In this document: in pieces, positions 9,652 to 18,415 of the stretch
Layout of the letters: each line of letters opens with the position of its first letter
Numbering within the stretch: position 1 is the stretch's first letter
NCBI GenBank assembly: GCA_963666205.1
Contig: OY762654.1
Coordinates: forward strand, 1,312,001-1,376,000
Length of the DNA stretch: 64,000 bases
Direction: 5' to 3'
From: Synergistales bacterium
GTDB lineage: Bacteria; Synergistota; Synergistia; Synergistales; JAFGMB01
Notes under the pieces: model-generated
The model's database searches: none
The model's input: the letters and a program-made list of their open reading frames with translations, nothing else
Told to the model about the DNA's origin: nothing
Translations under genes and position numbers: made by a program

Positions 9652-10620
9652 CTATTTTGCGTAACCGCCAAGTTCCAGGACTTTCTTCCAGGTCATATCC
9701 TGCTCTTTACAGAAGTTGTAAAATTCTTCGGAATTTCTGATCTTGATGCCAAAACCGTTCTTGTTCATGAAATCCTTATAGGCATCGGAAGTTACGATCT
9801 TGTTACAGGTCTCATAAAGGCTGTCAACGATCTCCTTTGGTGTACCCTTTGGAACCGCTATCCCTCTGAAAGTACCGGATGACCAGTCAATGCCTTCTTC
9901 CTTGAGAGTGGGAACATCGGGGAACCGGGTATCCCTTGTATCGGCCATTATGGCAAGGGCTTTGAATTCTCCCGATTCGACCTGGGCTGCCGCTTCAGGC
10001 AGACTGCAGGTAATGACATCAACATGTCCTCCAAGAAGCTCTACAACAGAAGGAGCCGCCCCTTTTGTCGGTATCCAGGTAGCTGCATCCACAGGGATAC
10101 CCACCTTATCGAACATTCCGATCCTGGAAAGATCCCAGATGGTTCCCGCACCGGAACCGGAAAATTTATATTTACCCGGATTAGCCTTGACGTCATCAAG
10201 AAGGTCTTTCACATCTTTCCAGGGAGCGTCTGAACGCACGATAACAGCTGAAGGATCCTGATTTATCTGGATAACATAATCGAAATCCTCGTAAGTAAGT
10301 TTGGTTAGCCCCATCCAGTGCATTGTTGTGATCTCCAGGGTCAGAAGGGTAATGTTATAGCCATCGGCTTTTGCATAGGCTCCCGCACCATGACCTACAG
10401 CTCCGCCTCCGCCAGTCTTATTTACAACCACAAAGGGTTCTCCATAAGCCTTCTCGAGCTCTGCTGCCATAAAACGGGCAACCCGGTCAGTTCCGCCGCC
10501 CGCCCCCCATGGACAAATAACTGTTACGCCTTTTTCCGGATATGCCGCAAAACCGGTAGAAGCAACCATCAGGAATACAGCGATCAAACCAAGAACCAGT
10601 ACCTTTCTCACAAAGATCAA
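9652..10620 (-). CDS. tctC: Tripartite tricarboxylate transporter substrate-binding protein (Bug family)
   Basis: YPEK...PWGAGGGTD..AR, NKTGGGGAVG, PDVPTLKE; start may be GTG 10611. Confidence 0.93.
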   Translation of the reverse strand: MIFVRKVLVLGLIAVFLMVASTGFAAYPEKGVTVICPWGAGGGTDRVARFMAAELEKAYGEPFVVVNKTGGGGAVGHGAGAYAKADGYNITLLTLEITTMHWMGLTKLTYEDFDYVIQINQDPSAVIVRSDAPWKDVKDLLDDVKANPGKYKFSGSGAGTIWDLSRIGMFDKVGIPVDAATWIPTKGAAPSVVELLGGHVDVITCSLPEAAAQVESGEFKALAIMADTRDTRFPDVPTLKEEGIDWSSGTFRGIAVPKGTPKEIVDSLYETCNKIVTSDAYKDFMNKNGFGIKIRNSEEFYNFCKEQDMTWKKVLELGGYAK

Positions 10621-10749
10621 CTCCTTTCCATTCTGTTATTACTTCATTAAAACACCTGACCTCATATCGCTTTTCTTATGCCCCTGAGTTCCACCTCCTG
10701 TTGTTTTGGGAATTATGATCTTTAAACAATGCATATTTCTGTACGTCTT

Positions 10750-11697
10750 TCATTTATTGAGCCTTTTCCCCCGTGACTGGACAAAAGCTTCTATTTCATT
10801 ACGGGAAGGCTGCCCCCTCGTAGAACCTACGGAACCGCAGACTGCAGAAGCTACTGCATTGGCAAAAAAGGCCATATCCTCTGTTCCCATGCCTTCCAGG
10901 ACTGCAACGATAAAAGCGGAGGTAAAGGCATCTCCAGCTCCTGTTGTATCCACCACCATGGTTTCAAAGGCATTGGAATAAACAATTTCTTTTTCTGTTC
11001 CAATAACACAACCCCTACTCCCAAGTTTCAATCCCACATATTCCGGCCCTTCATTCAGGAGAGTTCTTACAATCTCTTCCGGATCACCCTGAAAACCAAG
11101 CAAGGATGCTTCTTCTTCGGTAAGGGATAGAATATTTGTAAAATTTCTTATGGTGTAAAGGGCCGTACTTCTGAACAGATCCCTGCTCCAAAGAGCCTGC
11201 CGATAGTTCAAGTCATAGGATATTCTGATCTTTTCAGAAGAGCAGCGGGAGAGCAGTTCATATGAGGCCTCCATGCAGCTTCGGCTTATTGCCTGAGATA
11301 TCCCGCTAAGATGGAAGATCCTTATTCCTTCAAAGTTAGTCTTTTTCGTATCTGCAACTGAAAAAAAGGAGGCAGCAGATCCCTTCCTTTTATAAAAGAA
11401 CTGGTGTCCTCCCCTGGAATCGTAGGTAGCAAAATAAATACCTGTATCATTCACTTCATCCATGATCACGTTTGAGAGATCTACTCCACCCTGTTTCCAG
11501 GTATCGACGATGGCATTCCCGAACAAATCATTCCCTATCCTGGTAAGGTAGCTGGAAGGATGTCCCAGCTTGTTTACACCAAGGGCAACGTTTGAAGTGT
11601 CCCCTCCGATTGCCATTTCAAAAGAACCGCTCTTACCTTCTTTCAATCGGGTGAAAAAACCTACCATGGGTTCACCGAAACACATTACCTCTGCCAT
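10750..11697 (-). CDS. PfkB-family sugar kinase, KDG kinase-like
   Basis: GGDTSNVA, SGISQAIS, YDLNYRQALW, DTTGAGDAF. Confidence 0.88.
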   Translation of the reverse strand: MAEVMCFGEPMVGFFTRLKEGKSGSFEMAIGGDTSNVALGVNKLGHPSSYLTRIGNDLFGNAIVDTWKQGGVDLSNVIMDEVNDTGIYFATYDSRGGHQFFYKRKGSAASFFSVADTKKTNFEGIRIFHLSGISQAISRSCMEASYELLSRCSSEKIRISYDLNYRQALWSRDLFRSTALYTIRNFTNILSLTEEEASLLGFQGDPEEIVRTLLNEGPEYVGLKLGSRGCVIGTEKEIVYSNAFETMVVDTTGAGDAFTSAFIVAVLEGMGTEDMAFFANAVASAVCGSVGSTRGQPSRNEIEAFVQSRGKRLNK

Positions 11698-11790
11698 AGA
11701 AACACCTTCTCTGAATATATGATCACCGATGATGGTTTTACGATCATCTCTCTCTCATGCAGAAGACCCTGTTTTATTTCAGCAGATATA

Positions 11791-12546
11791 CTAATCCTGA
11801 TTACTCCATCCGAATGTTCTGGAAATGAGTTCTGCGGTTTTTTTCGCCAACATGCCGTATTCATCGACTTTTTCGTCCTGGAAGCGATAAGCCGGAATTG
11901 AAATACTGATCGCACCCGTAGGGAAATTATTGGAGTCCATGATCGCAGCTCCAACACACCTGATACCCACTTCATTCTGCTGATTCTCTTCTGAATAACC
12001 TTTATCCCTGAATTCCTTCAGGATCTCCCGAAGTCTTTCTCTGTCGATCAGCGTATCAGGGGTTCTTTTCAGTAGATCTGTCTTTTCCAGGTATTCATCC
12101 AGATCCTCCCTGGGAAGAACAGAAAGGATAGCTCTACCCACACCGGTACTGTAGAGGGGTAGTTCCGTCCCTGTTCTGGAAAGCATGCCTACGGGATGGG
12201 AACTCTCTATCTTGAAAATGTAATATGCTTTTCTGTTTTCGTAGATCACAAGATGGATGGTTTCACTGATTTTCTCGGAGAGTTCCTGAAGGAATGGGCG
12301 GGCTATATCTATGAGCCCACTGGATCTGTTATACGAATAAGCCCAGCGGAGAAAGGCCGGACCTAGAGAATACTTCTGATGGCGGTCCTGCAGAACAAGA
12401 TAGTTTTCCTGGAGAGCTCCAAGAATTCTATGAGTAGTAGCCTTGGGAAGAACGGTTTCTTCCGATATCTCTGTTATTCCCATGGGAATCCCTTTATCAG
12501 AAAGGACATTGAGGATTACGACAGCCCGATTAAGAACTTTCATCAT
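11791..12546 (-). CDS. IclR-family transcriptional regulator
   Basis: HTH LPKATTHRIL, ETIHL, STGVGRAIL, GIRCVGA; start uncertain (12555/12546/12543). Confidence 0.92.
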   Translation of the reverse strand: MMKVLNRAVVILNVLSDKGIPMGITEISEETVLPKATTHRILGALQENYLVLQDRHQKYSLGPAFLRWAYSYNRSSGLIDIARPFLQELSEKISETIHLVIYENRKAYYIFKIESSHPVGMLSRTGTELPLYSTGVGRAILSVLPREDLDEYLEKTDLLKRTPDTLIDRERLREILKEFRDKGYSEENQQNEVGIRCVGAAIMDSNNFPTGAISISIPAYRFQDEKVDEYGMLAKKTAELISRTFGWSNQD

Positions 12547-12559
12547 TTCCCCCATTGTT

Positions 12560-12631
12560 ATTCCGTTTTATGGAACAAGATTCCTTGAAATGAAACAGAA
12601 TTACCTTACATCCTCCAGGCATAATTGTCAA
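12560..12631 (-). promoter_or_regulatory. Putative promoter and tandem IclR-type operator
   Basis: TTGACA (12631-12626)-N17-TAAGGT; imperfect 20-bp direct repeat TTCCGTTTTATGGAACAAGA / TTCCTTGAAATGAAACAGAA (12561-12600). Confidence 0.55.
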
Positions 12632-12964
12632 ACAATATCCAATTGAGAGTAATTGATATTTAATCTCGGATTGTACTCGGATAACATGGATGATCACAAC
12701 TAATATCAGAGTGACTGGAAAGGGAATAATCCCTCCATGCTTAACTCTTTCGGGAAAATACCAGATAAACCGGAGATGATACATGGAACAGGTCAATGAA
12801 ACGGATCAAGTCCTCCTTCTCCTTCAATATTCCCGAATATCTGAATGGACTGACATATTTTAATAACGGGCATAACCATCCTTTAGAAAGAAGGGAGCCG
12901 ATCCCTGAGAACCGCCTCCCCTGAACGTTGATCATATTTCTGTAAAACTGAATTATTATATTTC

Positions 12965-14689
12965 TTAATCTTCCAGGGATATATATGCCCCTTCCATGGC
13001 AGAAACGGCATGGCGGGCATAGAGCCCCAGAGCACCTTTATAATCTCTTTCAACAGGTTTATGAATCTTCCGTCTTTCTTCGAGAATAGACACTATTTCT
13101 GCAGGTTCCATTCTCTCGCCACGGACTCCCACAAGATCAAGTTTTCTCTCATGTATATTGATCTCTATGAGATCTCCCTCTTCGACAAGCCCGATGGGCC
13201 CTCCCGAAGCAGCTTCAGGAGAAACATGTCCTATGGCCGGCCCTCTTGTAGCCCCTGAAAAGCGACCGTCGGTTATCAGGGCAATGGACGATGCGATCTC
13301 CGGATCCGAAGCAATGGCCTCCGCTGTGTAGAACATCTCTGGCATCCCTGCTCCCCTGGGACCCTCGTTGCGGATTATCATTATATCTCCCGGTCTTATC
13401 CGCTTATTGATAACCGCATCATAGGCATCCTCTTCACATTCAAAGGGACGGGCCCTTCCAACCATGTTATGCATTTCTTTCGGCGCAGCAGAATGCTTGA
13501 TCACTGCACCTCCAGGCGCGATGTTACCCTTGAGTATTGCTATAGCCCCTTCTTTACTGAAGGGATATGCAGCATCCCGGATAATATCATTTCCGGTAAT
13601 TCCCTTTTCCTGTGCGATCAATTGGCGTTTTTCAAAATATCCTTCCCTCTCAAGATCATTCATATTCTCTCCAAGAGTTTTTCCGGTCACGGTCATAACG
13701 TCAAGGTTCAATAGATGCCTGATCTGTGCCATAACCGCTGGAACTCCTCCAGCATACCAGAAATATTGTGAAGGGTAGGTTCCGCTTGGTTTGATATTGG
13801 TGATCCATGGGGTGGTCCTGTTGAGTTCATCAAAAATATCAGGATCCAGGTCAATTCCAGCTTCATGGGCTGCTGCCATGATATGGATGAGAGCATTTGT
13901 CGAACCTGCTATTGCGGCATGAACCATTATGGCATTTTCAAAGGCTTTTCTGGTCATTATTCTGCGGGGAGTTATTCCCTTCTCCACAAGATGGACTATT
14001 CGGGACCCGGAGAGGGAGGCAGCTTCCCCCAGTTCAGGCCGGTCTACAGGGATCAGGGCTGTACCGGGCAGGCTCATACCTAAAGCCTCGGCCATTACCT
14101 GCATAGTAGAGGCAGTACCCATAAACTGACATGCACCGCAGCTGGGACAGGCATGAGTTTTGTAATAACGGTACTGCTCATCACTGATCTCTTTCCTTTT
14201 ATGCATGGCCATGTACGTGCCTATCTGCTCAAGGGTCAGGTTGTCGGGACCGGCAAGCATGGATCCTCCTGCTACAAAGATGGAAGGATAGTCTATACGA
14301 AGCATGGACATCAGATGAGCGGGGATAGCCTTGTCACACGAAGCAAGGAACAGGATCCCGTCAACAGGTGTGGATTTTGCCTGTATTTCTATCATGTTAG
14401 CTATAAATTCACGGGAAGGCAGGGAATAGTTCATGCCATCATGTCCCTGGGCTATACCATCGCACATATCAGTAACGGTATACATAGCCCCTCTTGCGTT
14501 ATTTTCTGCCAGGGATCTTCTGACCAGATCTACCAGTTTATAAAGATGAGCACTTCCAGGATGGCTTTCTCCCATGGTACTTTCAATCATTATCTGAGGC
14601 AGAGCCAACTCATCTTCAGTCCAGCCGGCACCCATTCTCAGAGAATCAGCTTCAGAAGCAACACTTCTCATTTTCTGACTTCTTAACAT
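12965..14689 (-). CDS. ilvD: IlvD/Edd-family dehydratase (probably a sugar-acid dehydratase by context)
   Basis: CDG, SCDK, GACQFMGTAST, GSTN, EGPRG.GMPEM, TDGRFSG, GHVSPEA. Confidence 0.9.
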   Translation of the reverse strand: MLRSQKMRSVASEADSLRMGAGWTEDELALPQIMIESTMGESHPGSAHLYKLVDLVRRSLAENNARGAMYTVTDMCDGIAQGHDGMNYSLPSREFIANMIEIQAKSTPVDGILFLASCDKAIPAHLMSMLRIDYPSIFVAGGSMLAGPDNLTLEQIGTYMAMHKRKEISDEQYRYYKTHACPSCGACQFMGTASTMQVMAEALGMSLPGTALIPVDRPELGEAASLSGSRIVHLVEKGITPRRIMTRKAFENAIMVHAAIAGSTNALIHIMAAAHEAGIDLDPDIFDELNRTTPWITNIKPSGTYPSQYFWYAGGVPAVMAQIRHLLNLDVMTVTGKTLGENMNDLEREGYFEKRQLIAQEKGITGNDIIRDAAYPFSKEGAIAILKGNIAPGGAVIKHSAAPKEMHNMVGRARPFECEEDAYDAVINKRIRPGDIMIIRNEGPRGAGMPEMFYTAEAIASDPEIASSIALITDGRFSGATRGPAIGHVSPEAASGGPIGLVEEGDLIEINIHERKLDLVGVRGERMEPAEIVSILEERRKIHKPVERDYKGALGLYARHAVSAMEGAYISLED

Positions 14690-14720
14690 TGTTACACCTC
14701 CTGGTGGGGGTCCTGAATGG

Positions 14721-15995
14721 TTACATCATAAGATTTGGTATGAACATTACCAGTTGTGGAAAAAGGATAAGGGCTATAAGAACCAGAAGCAGTGTCAGGA
14801 GGAAGGGCCATATGGCTTTTACCAGCTCTTCCAGGGTAATATTGGCTACCCCGCAAGCCACGTAAAGAACCGTACCTACAGGAGGTGTGATAAGTCCTAT
14901 TCCAAGATTGACGGACATGACAACTCCAAAATAGACAGGATCTATACCGACCGATTCCATTACCGGGAGAAGAATTGGTGCCAGAATAAGCATGGCAGGG
15001 GTGAGATCCATTACGAACCCGACAAGGAATAGAAGAACATTTGCCATCAGAAGAACAAGAATAGGTGAGGTGGTTATCGATGTAAGTATATCCGCAAGCT
15101 GGAACGGAACGCGAGCTCTTGTAAGTATCCAGGCGGTACCCATAGCCATCCCGCAGAGGAAAAGGACTACACCTGTGGTTTTGGCGGTATTGAGAAGTAT
15201 TCGGGGGAGATCTCTCAGTGTTATCTGCCTGTAAACGAAAAGTCCCAGTATCAACGTAACAAAGGCAGCCACAGCACCGGCTTCAGTGGCTGTAAAAACA
15301 CCCGTCAGAATTCCACCTACCACTATCACTGGAATGGAAAGGGCCAGCCATGCTCCCTTCAGGGTCGTCCAGAGACGGTGAAGCTTGAACTTCTGTTCCG
15401 TTTTCCCATATCCCTTCTTTTTACATGTAATATAGGTGGTTATCATAAGTGCAAATCCAACCAGTATACCGGGAATGATACCCCCCATGAAAAGCCTGGC
15501 AATGGATGTGTTCGTAATTATTCCGTAAAGGATAAAGGGAATGCTGGGTGGGATGATTATCCCGATCACTGAAGAAGAGGCTGTGACCGCAGCTGAATAA
15601 TCTGAGGGATATCCCTGTTTTACCATGGGAGGAATTATGAGTCCTCCTATTGCTGCTGTATCAGCAATAGCCGAACCGGAGATACCTCCGAAGAACATGC
15701 TGCTCAGGATATTGACATGCCCCAGACCTCCGGTTATATGCCCTACCCAGGCATCTGCAAAATCCACCAGTTTTTTCGCGATCCCCCCATGATTCATCAC
15801 CTCTCCTACGAACATAAAGAAAGGTATCGCAAGAAGGGGAAAGCTGTTCATTCCCGAAATTATCTTGGATGGAAGTACCATGTAGGGAATTCCCATGACA
15901 TAAAGCATTATAAGGTTCGAAAGACCGAGGCTGAAAGCAACGGGTATACCCAGGAGGATGAAACCGAAAAGAGAAATTAGAAATATCCATAGCAT
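14721..15995 (-). CDS. dctM: TRAP transporter large permease
   Basis: LLAIPFF, GGISGSAIAD, IIPPSIP, FTATEAG, TPPVG. Confidence 0.95.
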   Translation of the reverse strand: MLWIFLISLFGFILLGIPVAFSLGLSNLIMLYVMGIPYMVLPSKIISGMNSFPLLAIPFFMFVGEVMNHGGIAKKLVDFADAWVGHITGGLGHVNILSSMFFGGISGSAIADTAAIGGLIIPPMVKQGYPSDYSAAVTASSSVIGIIIPPSIPFILYGIITNTSIARLFMGGIIPGILVGFALMITTYITCKKKGYGKTEQKFKLHRLWTTLKGAWLALSIPVIVVGGILTGVFTATEAGAVAAFVTLILGLFVYRQITLRDLPRILLNTAKTTGVVLFLCGMAMGTAWILTRARVPFQLADILTSITTSPILVLLMANVLLFLVGFVMDLTPAMLILAPILLPVMESVGIDPVYFGVVMSVNLGIGLITPPVGTVLYVACGVANITLEELVKAIWPFLLTLLLVLIALILFPQLVMFIPNLMM

Positions 15996-16498
15996 CAGCT
16001 GACATCTCCTTCTGTAAAGGTTTCTCTGAATTGCCTTATATTATCGGCCATTTTCGCAAGATTCATAAAAGCCATAAGGGTTCCGCAGAAAGGCACTATC
16101 ATATATACATATTTCATTGGTATATAAAGGGCCGGGGAAACATTGGTGGCGGATATCGCAACTATCCATCCATACCACACAAGAGCCAGGAGAACCACCA
16201 TTATAAGGACTTCATCAAGAATCTTTATAATACCTCTTATCCTTATTGAGCGGATCCTTTCAAGGACAAAGCTCAGTCCAACATGTTCATCGTGGTAGAA
16301 ACTCAGGGTCGCTCCCAGAAAACAGACCCATATGAAAACGAATCGGGAGAGCTCATCCGCCCATCCCATGGAGTTATTGAGGACATATCTTGTAAATACA
16401 TTGAAGGTAACTACAACGAAAAGGATAAGGGTCAGGACTATCATGGTGATCTTATAAAGCCATCCCGCAAAATGGAAGACAGGGTTTCTTTTCTTCAT
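15995..16498 (-). CDS. dctQ: TRAP transporter small permease
   Basis: RYVLN..MGWADELSRFVFIW..FLGA; coupled to dctM. Confidence 0.92.
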   Translation of the reverse strand: MKKRNPVFHFAGWLYKITMIVLTLILFVVVTFNVFTRYVLNNSMGWADELSRFVFIWVCFLGATLSFYHDEHVGLSFVLERIRSIRIRGIIKILDEVLIMVVLLALVWYGWIVAISATNVSPALYIPMKYVYMIVPFCGTLMAFMNLAKMADNIRQFRETFTEGDVS

Positions 16499-16523
16499 AC
16501 TCTTAACACCCTCTCAACTTCTT

Positions 16524-16561
16524 TTAAAAAGATAAGGCAGAGGGAAAACCTCTGCCTTATC
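16524..16561 (-). terminator. Intra-operon stem-loop/attenuator after dctP
   Basis: GATAAGGCAGAGG / CCTCTGCCTTATC followed by a T-tract on the minus strand. Confidence 0.65.
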
Positions 16562-16583
16562 CTGGAGTAATGCAATCGAAAGA

Positions 16584-17594
16584 TTACTTGCTGGCCTGAA
16601 AATCCTTTACAGCCTTCTGAACTGACTTGATGAGCTCTGGTCCGATCTCGTCGGAGAACTGATCGTAAACCGGCTGTACAGCTGCCTGGAATGCAGCCTT
16701 CTGATCGGGAGTAAGAATGGTGACATTCATTACTTTTTTAAGCTCTTCAAGATACTTGGCGTTCATTTCCCTATTGAGTTTACGGTTGTGATCCTTAGCT
16801 TCCAGGGCTGCCTCTTTAACTACTTTCTGAAGATCTTCAGGAAGCTTGTCCCAGAACTTCTTTGATATGAGAAGGACGAAGGGGGAATATACATGTCCGG
16901 TATCGGTTGTATAATCCTGGACTTCGGGGAAGTTCTGAAGGTAGATGGTTCCCCAGGGATTTTCCTGACCGTCTACAACCTTCTGCTGCATGGCTGAGAA
17001 AAGCTCTCCGAAAGCCATGGGAGTGGGGTTGGCACCAAGGGCCTTCCAGGCTGCAAGGTGGATGGGATTCTCCATGGTTCGGATCTTGAGCCCCTTACAG
17101 TCGGCTGGTGAGGAAACAGCCGTTTTACTGTTGGTAAGCTGGCGATAGCCGTTTTCCCAGTAAGCAAGACCGATAAGACCTATCTTGGGAAGCTGGTTGA
17201 GGAGATCCTGACCTACGGGACCATCAAGAACGTAGTCCGCTGCTTCATAGGTTGGGAAAAGGAAGGGAAGGTCAAAAACCTTGAATCCGTTAACAAAAGG
17301 AGCAATGGGTGCAGTGGAAGGACAGGTCATCTCCTGGGTTCCCATCTGAAGGGCTTCCATCATTTCCCTGTCGTCACCAAGCTGACTGGAATGATAGAGG
17401 TCCACAGTTATCCTGCCGTCGCTGTTTTTCTCAGCAAGCTCTTTAAAAAACTTCATAGACTGGTACTGGGCTGACTTGTCATTAAGACCGATACCTGCAG
17501 AGATCTTGTAAACATCTGCTGCCATCCCCATCACGCTGAAACAGAAAACCATAGCTACTGCTGCTGCCAATGCAACTAACATACGTCTTTTCAT
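16584..17594 (-). CDS. dctP: TRAP substrate-binding protein (DctP/YiaO type)
   Basis: Signal peptide, SQLGDDREM, WENGYRQ, GLKIRTM, VDGQENP. Confidence 0.95.
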   Translation of the reverse strand: MKRRMLVALAAAVAMVFCFSVMGMAADVYKISAGIGLNDKSAQYQSMKFFKELAEKNSDGRITVDLYHSSQLGDDREMMEALQMGTQEMTCPSTAPIAPFVNGFKVFDLPFLFPTYEAADYVLDGPVGQDLLNQLPKIGLIGLAYWENGYRQLTNSKTAVSSPADCKGLKIRTMENPIHLAAWKALGANPTPMAFGELFSAMQQKVVDGQENPWGTIYLQNFPEVQDYTTDTGHVYSPFVLLISKKFWDKLPEDLQKVVKEAALEAKDHNRKLNREMNAKYLEELKKVMNVTILTPDQKAAFQAAVQPVYDQFSDEIGPELIKSVQKAVKDFQASK

Positions 17595-17628
17595 TTACCT
17601 TTTTCCTCCTTAGTAATAAATATATTGA

Positions 17629-18303
17629 TCAATGCCTGTCTTCCAGGCGGGTAGCACCCGATGGATACAACTTTCTGTTCTGGTCAAAATGAATGTTCAG
17701 AAGATAATTTGCCTTCTCGTAGTTTCCTTCCTTGAGAGAGTCAAGAAGGAGCACATGTTTCTTACCCTCTGCCAGCATATCCATGCTGGAAAAATAATGG
17801 ATAAAGAACCAGTAGAGGTTCCCTAGAGCCTCCCAGGATCTTACCAGAGAGGAACTTCCGGAGAGGGCTACTAGATTTTTGTGAAAGTTAAGGTCAGAGA
17901 AGATCTGATCGCGGTGATTTCCCTCTTCGGCAAAGGACAATATCTGTCGTGTATGCTCAGAGAGAGTATCGAAAACATCCTTTCCCTCTAATAGTCCCTT
18001 GCTGATAGCCCAATCTATGGCAGTCCTTTCAAGAAAAGTCCTGACCTCGTAATAGTCTTCCCTGTCTCTATCTGAAAAACTTCGGAGATGAGTTCCCTTG
18101 TAGGGTTCACTGATAAAGAACCCCATGAAAGAAAGGTCTCTGAAGGCTTCTCGAATTACACCCTGGCTCAGTCCCATCTCTCTGGCTACCTGAGTTTCAA
18201 CAATTTTTTCTCCCGGAATCAATTTCTTTTCGAGAACGCAGTCCAGAAGGTAATCGATAACGTCGTCCTTGGTACTGCGCCTTTTGCCATAAAGATTCAC
18301 CAT
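17629..18303 (-). CDS. GntR-family regulator (FCD domain)
   Basis: PGEKIVE..VA..MGLS...IREA, YEVR..LE, DLNFH. Confidence 0.9.
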   Translation of the reverse strand: MVNLYGKRRSTKDDVIDYLLDCVLEKKLIPGEKIVETQVAREMGLSQGVIREAFRDLSFMGFFISEPYKGTHLRSFSDRDREDYYEVRTFLERTAIDWAISKGLLEGKDVFDTLSEHTRQILSFAEEGNHRDQIFSDLNFHKNLVALSGSSSLVRSWEALGNLYWFFIHYFSSMDMLAEGKKHVLLLDSLKEGNYEKANYLLNIHFDQNRKLYPSGATRLEDRH

Positions 18304-18323
18304 ATCTCAGCCTCCTGATCACC

Positions 18324-18363
18324 ATCTATAATCTATGATAGATAATAGATTATATGGTGTCAA
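18324..18363 (-). promoter_or_regulatory. Promoter overlapped by a four-half-site palindromic operator
   Basis: TTGACA (18363-18358)-N17-TATCAT; ATCTATa ATCTATg ATAGATa ATAGAT at 18324-18350. Confidence 0.7.
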
Positions 18364-18415
18364 GTTACCATGAAAACAAGAGGACTGAAAAATCAGAAAC
18401 TCCCAAATACATTTT

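Noticed and set aside
12632-12964. Short ORFs (64-88 aa) between ilvD and iclR
   Set aside because: No RBS or family motifs; treated as intergenic
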